The translations under genes and the position numbers were made by a program. A model generated the notes under the pieces. The model was not told the origin of the DNA. It saw only the letters and a list, made by a program, of their open reading frames with translations, and searched no databases. This document shows, one piece after another, positions 35,043-50,026 of a stretch of 64,000 bases of DNA. Source of the stretch: Balanoglossus misakiensis (lineage: Eukaryota; Animalia; Hemichordata). The stretch is from NCBI GenBank assembly GCA_040954595.2, contig CM082579.2, positions 11,843,834 through 11,907,833 of the forward strand, given 5' to 3'. Within the stretch, counting starts at the first letter, position 1. Each line of letters opens with the position of its first letter.

Positions 35043-38000
35043 TGAACAATTGGAAATATCCTGTCAATTTGTGCCCGTACAATACGTTAAGGAAAACGAT
35101 GAAGTGCAATGACTGCAAAACTAACAGGGGAGTACATCCACAGCAGGTACAGACTTGGCGTTTGGAGGGTTGTGACTAAAATTGAAAAGACAAAATTGGG
35201 GGCCACCTGTGACACCTGCATATCTCATTAATTATGTGCATACCTAATTCGAGGCTAGCCAATAGGGCTAGAGGTTTGATTTTTGTTGAACATGGACCAG
35301 TATGGGGTTAACATTTCTTGCCTAATTTTGGGTGACCTCAGGTGACCTTTGCCCTAACTTTCTATATCTCGGCATCCAGATCAGGTACAGACTTGGCATT
35401 TGGAGGGATTGAACTCCCAATGGAGTCTTACACTTTACCTCAAAGTTGGGGGTCACCTGTGGCACCTGCTTATCTCATTAATTATGTGCATACCTAATTC
35501 CAGGCTAGAAAATAGGGCTAGAGGTTTGACTTTTGTTGAACATGGACCAGTATGGGGTTAAAATTTCTTGCCCAATTTTGGGTGACCTCAGGTGACCTTT
35601 GACCTACTTTATCATATCGCGGCATCCACAGCAGATACAGCCTTGGCATTTGGAGGGATGGAACTCCTGATGGAGCCTTACACTTTACCTCATTAATTAT
35701 GCGCATATCTAATTCTAGGCGAACCAATAGGGCTAGAGGTCTGGTCTTTGTTGGACCTGGACTAGTATGGGGTCAAAAAATTTTGCCCAAATTTTGGGTG
35801 ACCACATATGACCTTTGACCTTCGGCTTAAGCTTGTGCCCGTCATCGCTGCTTGCAGCTATATATATATATTTTTTTTTTTTCTTGTGTCGTTTTTTTGC
35901 CCAACAGGATCTTGAAAACGGCTGAACCTACAAATCTCAAACTTGGCACAGTGGTGCAGGCCTATGAGAGCTGGTGCTGTACCCTCGTGAATGTTTAATA
36001 AGTCATGTGACCTGATGACCATATATGGGCAAAATTTTCAAATGGGCCTAATTTGCATATGAATGGAGATATCAAAATTCTTTTAGCGATTTTTGCAGAC
36101 CATGTGGTCAGTGTCCTACATGCCAAATGTCAAGGCCGTGGGCCAAGTCTATTTTGAGAAGAAGATTTTTTTATGTTTCATATTTTTGGACCCAGCCATA
36201 GGCCTATACTTTCTATAGTTAAGCTATCACGCTATGTCCACGTTGGCTGTGCAATGGTCCTGTACAGTGACTCTCTATTGGCCCGTGAGCAGAATGGGAC
36301 CACAATAAAAGGCAAAATTTTGGGCTCACCTGTAACACCTGCTTAACTCATTAAATATGTGCATACCTAATTCCAGGCTAACTAATAGGGCTAGAGGTTT
36401 TGTTCTTGTGGGACATGGACCAGTATGGGATCAAAAATTTTTGCCCAAATTTTAGGTGACCTCAGGTGACCTTTGACCTACTTTCCTATATCTCGGCATT
36501 CACAGCAGGTACAGACTTGGCGTTTGGAGGGTTGTGACTAAAATTGAAAAGACAAAATTGAAGGTCACCTGTGACACCTGCTTATCTCATTAATTATGTG
36601 CATACCTAATTCCAGGCTAACCAATGGGGTTAGAGGTTTGATTTTTGTTGAACATGGACAAGTATAGGGTCAAAATTTCTTGCCCAAATTTTGCATGACC
36701 TCATGTGACCTTTGACCTAATTTACCATATCTTGGCAACCAGAGCAGGCACAGACTTGGCGTTTGGAGGGTTGGGACTAAAATTGAAAAGCCAAAATTGG
36801 GGGTCACCTGTGACACCTGCATATCTCATTAATTATGTGCATACCTAATTCTAGGCTAGCAAATAGGGCTAGAGGTTTGATTTTTGTTGAATATGGACCA
36901 GTATGGGATCAAACATTTTTGCCCAAATTTTGGGTGACCTTAGGTGACCTTTGACCTACTTTACCATATCTCGGCAACCAGCGCAGATACCGCTTTGGCA
37001 TTTGGAGGGTTGTGACTCCTAATGGAACTTATACTTTACCTCATTAATTATGTGCATATCTAATTCTAGGCGAACCAATAGGGCTAGAGATCTGGTTTTT
37101 CTTGGACCTGGACTAGTATGGGGTCAACATTTTTTGCCCAACTTTCAGGTGGCCTCAGGTGACCTTTGACCTTCGGCTTAAGCTTGTGCCCGTCATCGCT
37201 GCTTGCAGCTATATTCATCTTTTTCTTCTTGTGTAGATTTTTTGCCCAACTGGATCTTGAAAACGGCTGAACCTACAAATCTCAAACTTGGCACAGTGGT
37301 GCAGGCCTATGAGAGTTGGTGCTGTACCCTCGTGAATGTTTAATAAGTCATGTGACCTGATGACCATATATGGGCAAAATTTTCAAATGGGCCTAATTTG
37401 CATATGAATGGAGATATCAAAATTCTTTTAGCGATTTTTGCAGACCATGTGGTCAGTGTCCTACATGCCAAATGTCAAGGCCGTGGGCCAAGTCTATTTT
37501 GAGAAGAAGATTTTTTTATGTTTCATATTTTTGGACCCAGCCATAGGCCTATACTTTCTATAGTTAAGCTATCACGCTATGTCCACGTTGGCTGTGCAAT
37601 GGTCCTGTACAGTGACTCTCTATTGGCCCGTGAGCAGAATGGGACCACAATAAAAGGCAAAATTTTGGGCTCACCTGTAACACCTGCTTAACTCATTAAA
37701 TATGTGCATACCTAATTCCAGGCTAACTAATAGGGCTAGAGGTTTTGTTCTTGTGGGACATGGACCAGTATGGGATCAAAAATTTTTGCCCAAATTTTAG
37801 GTGACCTCAGGTGACCTTTGACCTACTTTCCTATATCTCGGCATTCACAGCAGGTACAGACTTGGCGTTTGGAGGGTTGTGACTAAAATTGAAAAGACAA
37901 AATTGAAGGTCACCTGTGACACCTGCTTATCTCATTAATTATGTGCATACCTAATTCCAGGCTAACCAATGGGGTTAGAGGTTTGATTTTTGTTGAACAT

Positions 38001-41000
38001 GGACAAGTATAGGGTCAAAATTTCTTGCCCAAATTTTGCATGACCTCATGTGACCTTTGACCTAATTTACCATATCTTGGCAACCAGAGCAGGCACAGAC
38101 TTGGCGTTTGGAGGGTTGGGACTAAAATTGAAAAGCCAAAATTGGGGGTCACCTGTGACACCTGCATATCTCATTAATTATGTGCATACCTAATTCTAGG
38201 CTAGCAAATAGGGCTAGAGGTTTGATTTTTGTTGAATATGGACCAGTATGGGATCAAACATTTTTGCCCAAATTTTGGGTGACCTTAGGTGACCTTTGAC
38301 CTACTTTACCATATCTCGGCAACCAGCGCAGATACCGCTTTGGCATTTGGAGGGTTGTGACTCCTAATGGAACTTATACTTTACCTCATTAATTATGTGC
38401 ATATCTAATTCTAGGCGAACCAATAGGGCTAGAGATCTGGTTTTTCTTGGACCTGGACTAGTATGGGGTCAACATTTTTTGCCCAACTTTCAGGTGGCCT
38501 CAGGTGACCTTTGACCTTCGGCTTAAGCTTGTGCCCGTCATCGCTGCTTGCAGCTATATTCATCTTTTTCTTCTTGTGTAGATTTTTTGCCCAACTGGAT
38601 CTTGAAAACGGCTGAACCTACAAATCTCAAACTTGGCACAGTGGTGCAGGCCTATGAGAGTTGGTGCTGTACCCTCGTGAATGTTTAATAAGTCATGTGA
38701 CCTGATGACCATATATGGGCAAAGTTTTCAAATGGGCCTAATTTGCATATGAATGGAGATATCAAAATTCTTTTAGCGATTTTTGCGGACCATGTGGTCA
38801 GTGTCCTACATGCCAAATGTCAAGGCCGTGGGCCAAGTCTATTTTGAGAAGAAGATTTTTTTATTTTTCATATTTTTGGACCCAGCCATAGGCCTATACT
38901 TTCTATAGTTAAGCTATCACGCTATGTCCACGTTGGCTGTGCAATGGTCCTGTACAGTGACTCTCTAGTGGCCCGTGAGCAGAATGGGACCACAATAAAA
39001 GGCAAAATTTTGGGCTCACCTGTAACACCTGCTTAACTCATTAATTATGTGCATACCTAATTCCAGGCTAACTAAGAGGGCTAGAGGTTTTGTTCTTGTG
39101 GGACATGGACCAGTATGGGATCAAAAATGTTTGCCCAAATTTTGGGTGACCTCAGGTGACCTTTGACCTACTTTCCTATATCTCGGCATCCACAGCAGGT
39201 ACAGACTTGGCGTTTGGAGGGTTGTGACTAAAATTGAAAAGACAAAATTGAAGGTCACCTGTGACACCTGCTTATCTCATTAATTATGTGCATACCTAAT
39301 TCCAGGCTAACCAATGGGGTTAGAGGTTTGATTTTTGTTGAACATGGACAAGTATAGGGTCAAAATTTCTTGCCCAAATTTTGCATGACCTCATGTGACC
39401 TTTGACCTAATTTACCATATCTTGGCAACCAGAGCAGGCACAGACTTGGCGTTTGGAGGGTTGGGACTAAAATTGAAAAGCCAAAATTGGGGGTCACCTG
39501 TGACACCTGCATATCTCATTAATTATGTGCATACCTAATTCCAGGCTAACCAATAGGGCTAGAGGTCAGGTTTCTGTTGGACCTGGACTAGTATGGGGGT
39601 CAAAACTTTTTGCCCAAATTTTGGGTGACCACATATGACCTTCGACCTTCGGCTTAAGCTTGTGCCCGTCATCGCTGCTTGCAGCTATATTTAGGGCACA
39701 AGCCAAGCAGGCTTGTGCCCTATTGGTATTACTGGGTTTTTTAGGGCACAAGCCAAGCAGGCTTGTGCCCTATTGGTATTACTGGGGTTTTTCATTAGGG
39801 CACAAGCCAAGCAGGCTTGTGCCCTATTGATATTACTGGGGTTTTTTAGGGCACAAGCCAAGCAGGCTTGTGCCCTATTGGTATTATTGGGGTTTTTCAT
39901 CTTTTTTAGGGCCCAAGCGCATGCAGCGCTTGGGCCCTATTGTTATTATCCTGGTTTTTCTTCTACTTCTTCTTCTTTTTTTTTTCTTGTGTAGTTTTTT
40001 TGGCCAGCTAGATCTGGAAAACGGCTAAACCTACAGATTTCAAACTTGGCACAATGGTGCAGGCCAATGAGAGCTAGTGCAGTACCCTTGTGAATGTTTA
40101 ATTAGTCACGTGACCTGATGACCATATATGGGCAAAGTTTTCAAAAGGGCCTAATTTGCATATTAATGGAGATATCTAAATTCTTTTAGCGATTTTTGCG
40201 GACCATGTGGTCAGTGTCCTACATGCCAAATGTCAAGGCCATAGGCCATGTCAATTTTGAGAAGAAGATTTTTAAGTATTATTTTTCGCCCAAGCCATGG
40301 GCCTATACTTTACATAGTAAAGCTATGACCACATATTATGTTCGATAAATATGCATACATATCTCAAAATCTGTTCGGCCGATCATCTCCAACTTTGGTG
40401 TGCAGCTAGCCTAGCATTTGTCAATAATTTTATGCGAAAAAAAATAATATGAAAAATCGACAGATTTTTTTATATTAATTTTTTTATTAAATTTATACCT
40501 TTACTTATACCTCTATGGTTAAGCTATGTCCACGTCTTATTGTGGAATTCTGGTCTGTGCAATAGTCCTGTACAGTGACTGTCTATTAGTCAGTGAGCAT
40601 AATGGCACCAAAATAAAAGGCAAAATTTTAGGCTCACCTGTAACACCTGCTTAACTCATTAATTATGTGCATACCTAATTCTGGGCTAACTAAGAGGGCT
40701 AGAGGTTTCGTTCTTGTGGGACATGGCCCAGTATAGGGTCAAAAATTTTTGCCCACATTTTGGGTGACCCCAGGTGACCTTTGACCTACTTTCCTATATC
40801 TCGGCATCCAGAGCAGGTACAGACTTGGCGTTTGGAGGGTTGGGACTAAAACTGAAAAGCCAAAATGGGGGTCACCTGTGACACCTGCATATCTCATTAA
40901 TTATGTACATACCTAATTCCTGGCTAACCAATAGGGCTATAGGTTTGCTTTTTGTTGAACATGGACCAGTATAGGGTCAAAATTTCTTGCCCAAATTTTG

Positions 41001-44000
41001 TATGACCTCAGGTGACCTTTGACCTACTTTACCATATCTTGGCATCCAGAGCAGGTACAGACTTGGCGTTTGGAGGGTTGGGACTAAAATTGAAAAGCCA
41101 AAATGGGGGTCACCTGTGACACCTGCATATCTCATTAATTATGTGCATACCTAATTCCAGGCTAACCAATAGGGCTATAGGTTTGGTTTTTGTTGAACAT
41201 GGACCAGTATAGAGTCAAAATTTCTTGCCACAATTTTGTATGACCTCAGGTGACCTTTGACCTACTTTACCATATCTTGGCATCCAGAGCAGGTACAGAC
41301 TTGGCGTTTGGAGGGTTGGGACTAAAATTGAAAAGCCAAAATGGGGGTCACCTGTGACACCTGCATATCTCATTAATTATGTGCATACCTAATTCCAGGC
41401 TAACCAATAGGGCTATAGGTTTGGTTTTTGTTGAACATGTACCAGTATAGGGTCAAAATTTCTTGCCCAAATTTTGCATGAACTCAGGTGACCTTTGACC
41501 TACTTTACCATATCGTGGCATCCTGAGCAGATATGCTTATTGCTATGTTGCTATGTGCTATGTTCGCTTGGGCCCGCTATTGCTGCTTGCAGCTATATTT
41601 TTTTTTTTTTTTTTCTTGTGTAGTTTTTTTGCTCAGGTAGATCTTGAAAACGGCTGAACCTACAAATCTCAAACTTGGCAAAATGGTGCAGGTCTATGAG
41701 AGCTGGTGCAGTATCCCTGTGAATGTTTAATTAGTCATGTGACCTGATGACCATATATGGGCAAAGTTTTCAAATGGGCCTAATTTGCATATGAATAGAG
41801 ATATCAAAATTCTTTTAGCGATTTTTGCAGACCATGTGGTCAGTGTCCCACATGCCAAATGTCAAGGCCGTGGGCCAAGTCTATTTTGAGAAGAAGATTT
41901 TTTTATTTTTCATATTTTTGAACCCAGCCATGGGCCTATACTTTCTATAGTTAAGCTATGACGCTATGTCCACGTCGGCTGTGCAATGGTCCTGTACAGT
42001 GACTCTCTATTGGCCCGTGAGCAGAATGGGACCACAATAAAAGGCAAAATTTTGGGCTCACCTGTAACACCTGCTTAACTCATTAATTATGTGCATACCT
42101 AATTCCAGGCTAACTAATAAGGCTAGAGGTTTTGTTCTTGTGGGACATGGATCAGTATGGCATCAAAATTTCTTGCCCAAATTTTGGGTGACCTCAGGTG
42201 ACCTTTGACCTACTTTACCATATCTCGGCAACCAGCGCAGATACAGCCTTGGCATTTGGAGGCATGGAACTCCTAATGAAGCCTTATACTTTACCCCATT
42301 AATTATGTGCATATCTAATTCTAGGCGAACCAATAGGGTTAGAGGCCTGATTTTTGTTGGACCTGGACTGGTATGGGGTAAAAAATTTTTGCTAAACTTT
42401 CGGATGGCCTCAGGTGACCTTTGACCTACTTTCCTATATCTCGGCATCCAGAACAGGTACAGCATTTGTGTTTGGATGGATCGAACTATTGATAGAGTCT
42501 TACACTTTACATCATTAATTATGCGCATATCTAATATCAGACAAACCAATAGGGCTAGAGGTCTGGTTTCTGTTGGACCTGGACTAGTATGGGGGTCAAA
42601 ACTTTTTGCCCAATTTTTGGGTGACCACATATGACCTTTGACCTTCGGCTTAAGCTTGTGCCCGTCATCGCTGCTTGCAGCTATATTTACGGGCCCAAGC
42701 CAAGCCAGGCTTGGGCCCGTATTGGTTTCGTTGGGGTTTTTCTTTCTTTCTTTATTAGGGCCCAAGCGCATACCAGCGCTTGGGCCCTATTGGTTTCGTT
42801 GGGGTTTTTCTGTCTTTCCTTCTTTCTTCTTTCTTTCTTTCTTTATTCTTGTGTCAATTCTTTGTCGCTCTAGATCTCAGACACCGCTGCAGGTACACTT
42901 CTGAAACTTGCTACAGTGGTCAAGGTCAATGAGTAGTCGTGCATTGAACCTGTGAATTTTTAATTAGTCACGTTACCTGGCGGCCATCTTGGATTTTCTA
43001 AAAAAATGCAAATCTCAGATATCAGAAACTACAAGTCAGATCAACTTCAAATTTGGCATGCTGGTAGACTACCTTCTGCCCATCATTTTTGTAATTGGAA
43101 ATTATGCTGACAATGTTGCAGTTTTTTTGCTACAATTTTTTTTCTGAAATCTGGCTTAAATTTCAAAAATCTTCTTCTCCAGAACCGGCGATAACCGAGT
43201 CACGCCGTTTGGGGTATGTGGTCACCTAACAGATGTCTATCAAGTTTGCGAAGATCATTGTGATTGGTCGAAGATTATGGCGGCCATATTGGATTTTCGA
43301 AAAAACCATAGTAAAACTTCAAAAATCTTCTTCTCCAGAACGGGCGATAACCGAGTCACAAGATTTGGTGTGTGTGGTCATTAAACAGATGTCTATCAAG
43401 TTTGCGAAGGGGAATTTGATTGGTCGAAGATTATGGCGGCCATATTGGATTTTGTGAAAAACGATTAAAAAGTAAAAATTCCTTTTCTAGCCTAAAAATT
43501 GATAGCACAGAAATTCTTTTTATGGATATGAATCATCATATGACAAGAATAAGCTATAAATATTTTGGTAATTTTGGCAATGACCTTTGACCTACTTTTG
43601 ACGAATCATTTTTCTGCATATCTAATTCCAGGCTAACCAATAGGGCTATAAGTTTGGTTTTTGATGTATGTGGATTTGTATGTGATCAAAAAATTTTGCT
43701 ACTTTTCATGACCCCTTTGACCTCTGGTGACCTCATTAAATATGCGCATACCTAATTAATGATGAACCAATAGACCTAGAGGTTTTGTTTTTGTTATACA
43801 TGGACCAGTATGGGGTCAAAATTTTTTGCCCAAATGTTGGGTGACCTCGGGTGACCTTTGACCTACTTTGGCATATCTTGACATCCACAGCAGATACAGC
43901 CTTGGCGTTTGGAGGTATAGGGCCATAATGAAAAGCCAAAGTTTTGGGTCACCTGTGACACCTGCTTAACTCATTATTTATGTGCATACCTAATTCCGGG

Positions 44001-47000
44001 CTAACCAAAAGGGCTAGAGGTCTGGTTTTTGTTGGACATGGACCACTATGGGTCAAAATTTTCTGCCCAAATTGTTGGTGACCTTTGACATACTTAACAC
44101 TATATCAGCACTAAACATAGATATAATCTTGATATTTCATAGGATAAAACACGGCATTATGTTTCTACTCATTAATTATGTGCATTTCTTATAATCAGAT
44201 CAGATAATAGAGCTTGGGCCCGGACAATGCTGCTTGCAGCTTTAATTCTTATGTCAATTCTTTGCTCTCCTAGATCTCTGAAACGGCAACAGGTACACTT
44301 CTCAAACTTGCTACAGTGGTCAAGGTCAATGAGTAGATGTGCAGTTGCTTGTGAATATTTAATTAGTCACGTGACCTGGCGGCCATATTGGATTTTCTGA
44401 AAATCTTTAAATGGCTTCTTCTCAAAAACCAGAGGGCAAATCAAGTTCAAATTTGGTGTATGGTACACATGTCCTCTGCCCTTCAAAGTTTGACAATAAA
44501 ATCCTGAGCGGTCACGTGACTTTGGCCGCCATATTGGATTTTCGATAAAGTACAGTAAAATCTTCAAAAATCTTCTTCTCCAGAACCGGCAATAACCGAG
44601 TCATGGGATTTAGGGTATGACATCACCTAACTGATGTCTATCAAGTTTGCGAAGACCGCTGTGATTGGTCGAAGATTATGGCGGCCATATTGGATTTTGT
44701 AAAAACCAGTGAAAATTAAGAAATCATTTTTCTAGTCTAAAAATAGATAGCATACAAATTCTTTTTATGGATATGAGTCGTCATATGACTAGAATATGTT
44801 GCAAAAATTTTGGCAATTTTCACATGACCTTTGACCTACTTTTTAAAGAACATGCATATATGCATATATAGCTCATACTACGTGTTCTAAATGTACCAGA
44901 GTTCTGATTTTTGTGCACATTGGTATCACCCCTGCCCAGGACCTACCCTAAATATTTTGGTAATTTTGGCAATGACCTTTGACCTACTTTTGACACATCG
45001 TTTTTTCTGCATATCTAATTCCAGGCTAACCTATAGGGCTATCATTTTGGTTTTTGATGTATGTGGATTTGTATGTGATCAAAAAATTTCGCTACTTTTC
45101 ATGACCCCTTTGACCTCTGCTGACCTCATTAAATATGCGCATACCTAATTACAGATGAACCAATAGACCTAGAGGTTTGGTTTTTGTTGGACCTGGACCA
45201 GTATTGGGTCAAAATTTGTTGCCCAAATGTTGGGTGACCTCGGGTGACCTTTGACCTACTTTTGCATATCTCGACATCCACAGCAGATACAGCCTTGGCG
45301 TTTGGAGGTATGGGGCCATAATGAAAAGCCAAAGTTTTGGGTCACCTGTGACACCTGCCTAACTCATTATTTATGTGCATACCTAATTCCGGGCTAACCA
45401 AAAGGGCTAGAGGTCTGGTTTTTGTTGGACATGGACCACTATTGGTCAAAATTTTCTGCCCAAATTTTGGGTGACCTAAGATGACCTTTGACCTACTTTT
45501 GCATATCTCGGCATCCAAAGCAGGTACAGCCTTGGCATTTGGAGATATGGGGCCATAATGAAAAGCCAAAGTTTTGGGTCACCAGTGACACCTGCTTAAC
45601 TCATTATTTATGTGCATACCTAATTCCGGGCTAACCAAAAGGGCTAGAGGTCTGGTTTTTGTTGGACATGGACCACTATGGGTAAAATTTTCTGCCCAAT
45701 TGTGGGTGACCTCTGGGAGACCTTTGACCTACTTAACACTATATCAGCACCAAACATACATATAACCTTGATATTTCATGGGATAAAACACAGCATTATG
45801 TTTCCACTCATTAATTATGTGCATATCTAATAATCAGATCAGATAATAGAGCTTGGGCCCGGACAATGCTGCTTGCAGCTTTAATCTTCTTTTTTTTTTC
45901 TTGTGTCGTTTTTTTGCCCAACAGGATCTTGAAAACGGCTGAACCTACAAATCTCAAACTTGGCACAGTGGTGCAGGCCTATGAGTGCTGGTGCTGTACC
46001 CTCGTGAATGTTTAATAAGACATGTGACCTGATGACCATATATGGGCAAAGTTTTCAAATTGGCCTAATTTGCATATGAATGGAGATATCAAAATTCTTT
46101 TAGCGATTTTTGCAGACCATGTGGTCAGTGTCCTACATGCCAAATGTCAAGGCCGTGGGCCAAGTCTATTTTGAGAAGAAGATTTTTTTATTTTTCATAT
46201 TTTTGGACCCAGCCATAGGCCTATACTTTCTATAGTTAAGCTATCACGCTATGTCCACGTTGGCTGTGCAATGGTCCTTTACAGTGACTCTCTATTGGCC
46301 CGTGAGCAGAATGGGACCACAATAAAAGGCAAAATTTTGGGCTCACCTGTAACACCTGCTTAACTCATTAAATATGTGCATACCTAATTCTGGGCTAACT
46401 AATAGGGCTAGGGGTTTTGTTCTTGTGGGACATGGACCAGTATGGGATCAAAAATTTTTGCCCAAATTTTAGGTGACCTCAGGTGACCTTTGACCTACTT
46501 TCCTATATCTCGGCATTCACAGCAGGTACAGACTTGGCGTTTGGAGGGTTGTGACTAAAATTGAAAAGACAAAATTGAAGGTCACCTGTGACACCTGCTT
46601 ATCTCATTAATTATGTGCATACCTAATTCCAGGCTAACCAATGGGGTTAGAGGTTTGATTTTTGTTGAACATGGACCAGTATAGGGTCAAAATTTCTTGC
46701 CCAAATTTTGCATGACCTCATGTGACCTTTGACCTAATTTACCATATCTTGGCAACCAGAGCAGGCACAGACTTGGCGTTTGGAGGGTTGGGACTAAAAT
46801 TGAAAAGCCAAAATTGGGGGTCACCTGTGACACCTGCATATCTCATTAATTATGTGCATACCTAATTCCAGGCTAACCAATAGGGCTAGAGGTTTTGTTC
46901 TTGTGGGACATGGATCAGTATGGGGTCAAAAATTTTGCCCAAATTTTGGGTGACCTCAGGTGACCTTTGACCTACTTTACCATATCTCGGCAACCAGCAC

Positions 47001-50000
47001 AGATACAGCTTTGGCATTTGGAGGGTTGTGACTCCTAATGGAGCCTCATACTTTACCTCATTAATTATGTGCATATCTAATTCTAGAGAACCAATAGGGT
47101 TAGATGTCTGGTTTTTCTTGGACCTGGACTAGTATTGGGTCAAAATTTTTTGCCCAACTTTCAGGTGGCCTCAGGTGACCTTTGACCTACTTTCCTATAT
47201 CTCGGCATCCAGGACAGGTACAGCATTTGTGTTTGGATGGATCGAACTATTAATGGAGTCTTACACTTTACATCATTAATTATGCGCATATATAATTTCA
47301 GACAAACCAATAGGGCTAGAGGTCTGGTTTCTGTTGCACCTGGACTAGTATAGGGGTCAAAACTTTTTGCCCAAATTTTGGGTGACCACATATGACCTTT
47401 GACCTTCGGCTTAAGCTTGTGCCCGTCATCGCTGCTTGCAGCTATATTTCTTCTTTTTTTTTTTCTTGTGTCGTTTTTTTGCCCAACAGGATCTTGAAAA
47501 CGGCTGAACCTACAAATCTCAACCTTGGCACAGTGGTGCAGGCCTATGAGAGCTGGTGCTGTACCCTCGTGAATGTTTAATAAGTCATGTGACCTGATGA
47601 CCATATATGGGCAAAGTTTTCAAATGGGCCTAATTTGCATATGAATGGAGATATCAAAATTCTTTTAGCGATTTTTGCAGACCATGTGGTCAGTGTCCTA
47701 CATCCCAAATGTCAAGGCCGTGGGCCAAGTCTATTTTGAGAAGAAGATTTTTTTATTTTTCATATTTTTGGACCCAGCCATAGGCCTATACTTTCTATAG
47801 TTAAGCTATCACGCTATGTCCACGTTGGCTGTGCAATGGTCCTGTACAGTGACTCTCTATTGGCCCGTCAGCAGAATGGGACCACAATAAAAGGCAAAAT
47901 TTTGGGCTCACCTGTAACACCTGCTTAACTCATTAATTATGTGCATACCTAATTCCAGGCTAACTAATAGGGCTAGAGGTTTTGTTCTTGTGGGACATGG
48001 ACCAGTATGGGATCAAAATTTTTTGCCCAAATGTTGGGTGACCTCAGGTGACCTTTGACCTACTTTCCTATATCTCGGCATCCACTACAGGTACAGACTT
48101 GGCGTTTGGAGGGTTGTGACTAAAATTGAAAAGACAAAATTGAAGGTCACCTGTGACACCTGCTTATCTCATTAATTATGTGCCTACCTAATTCCAGGCT
48201 AACCAATGGGGTTAGAGGTTTGATTTTTGTTGAACATGGACCAGTATAGGGTCAAAATTTCTTGCCCAAATTTTGCATGACCTCAGGTGACCTTTGACCT
48301 AATTTACCATATCTTGGCAACCAGAGCAGGCACAGACTTGGCGTTTGGAGGGTTGGGACAAAAATTGAAAAGCCAAAATTGGGGGTCACCTGTGACACCT
48401 GCATATCTCATTAATTATGTGCATACCTAATTCCAGGCTAGCAAATAGGGCTAGAGGTTTGATTTTTGTTAAACATGGGCCAGTATGGGATCAAACATTT
48501 TTGCCCAAATTTTGGGTGACCTCAGGTGACCTTTGACCTACTTTACCATAACTCGGCAACCAGCGCAGATACAGCTTTGGCATTTGGAGGGTTGTGACTC
48601 CTAATGGAGCCTTATACTTTACCTCATTAATTATGTGCATATCTAATTCTAGGCGAACCAATAGGGCTAGATGTCTGGTTTTTCTTGGACCTGGACTAGC
48701 ATGGGGTCAACATTTTTTGCCCAACTTTCAGGTGGCCTCACATGACCTTTGACCTATTTTCCTATATCTCGGCATCCAGAACAGGTACAGCATTTATGTT
48801 TGGATGGATCGACCTATTAATGGAGTCTTACACTTTACATCAATAATTATGCGCATATATAATTTCAGACAAACCAATAGGGCTAGAGGTCTGGTTTCTG
48901 TTGGACCTGGACTAGTATGGGGGTCAAAACTTTTTGCCAAATTTTGGGTGACCACATATGACCTTTGACCTTCGGCTTAAGCTTGTGTCCATTATCGCTG
49001 CTTGCAGCTATATTTTTTCTTTCTTCTTGAGTCGTTTTTTTGCTCCCGTTTTTCTCTGAAATTCCGGCACCTGCGCCTATGAAGTTTGGCACGGTGATTG
49101 GGGCCCATGAGTACTGGTGCACCTGCCCTTTAAATTTGTAATTAGTCACGTGAGTTGGTGGCTATAATTGAGCGAAATTTTCAAATTGACCTAATTTGCA
49201 CGTTAATGGGGGAATGTACATTCTTTTCGCGATTTTTGTAGACCATGTGGCCAAAATCCCCTGTGCCAAATTTCAAGGTCCTAGGCCACGTCCATTTTGA
49301 GAAGAAGATTTTTGTAATATTTTTCGCATTTTTGGTGGGCTGAGGACGGACACTGGGGCATCGGACTTTGACCGTCATTACGTAATCTTGTGGAGATCTC
49401 ATTAGCAGGCTACTCACTTCTGGCGGGTTGCAGTAGTCCTTGGAAAATCGGCTGAAATACGTAAACAGACCAGTGATTATTTTCCACGGAATGAATTTTG
49501 GGATAACACATTATCGGAGTTCAGGCTGTGTTAGGGCGTTTTATTGAATTACGCTGAGTTTGTTAGCTGTTGCCGTTCAAATGTGTCTACGCAGACCCGG
49601 CTACACTGGTTAACATTCAATGTAATGCGGCAGCGGACTTTGACCCTCAGTCGCTAATGTGGCCGAAATACGTCAGCAGACCAATGATTTTCTTGCACGA
49701 AGGGAGTATGGTACCAGCAATAATCAGAGATCAGGCTTCTTTGCCGTTCAACAGTTCCTACTTCAGTCGTGACGTTGCAACTGAAAGTTCAGTATGGGGG
49801 TTGGCCCGCAGGTGGCCGTGGGGTTTATCAGGTCGCCCGTAATGGCACGCAGCTTCAAGCAGCTGTAAGGGACCAAACTAATACGCCCGATTCGGGGGTC
49901 ACCTGTGACACCTGCGTAACTCAATTATGTGCATGCGTAATTGTGGGGTCAATGAAAGGGATGCTAGTGTGGTATTTGTTGCAAATGGATCAATATGAAG

Positions 50001-50026
50001 TCCGATTTTCCTGTCAAGTTATTGGC

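Noticed and set aside
35518-49417. Many short similar ORFs in the repeat stack
   Set aside because: Recurring translations of non-coding HINE-like repeats; no Rep or helicase motifs.
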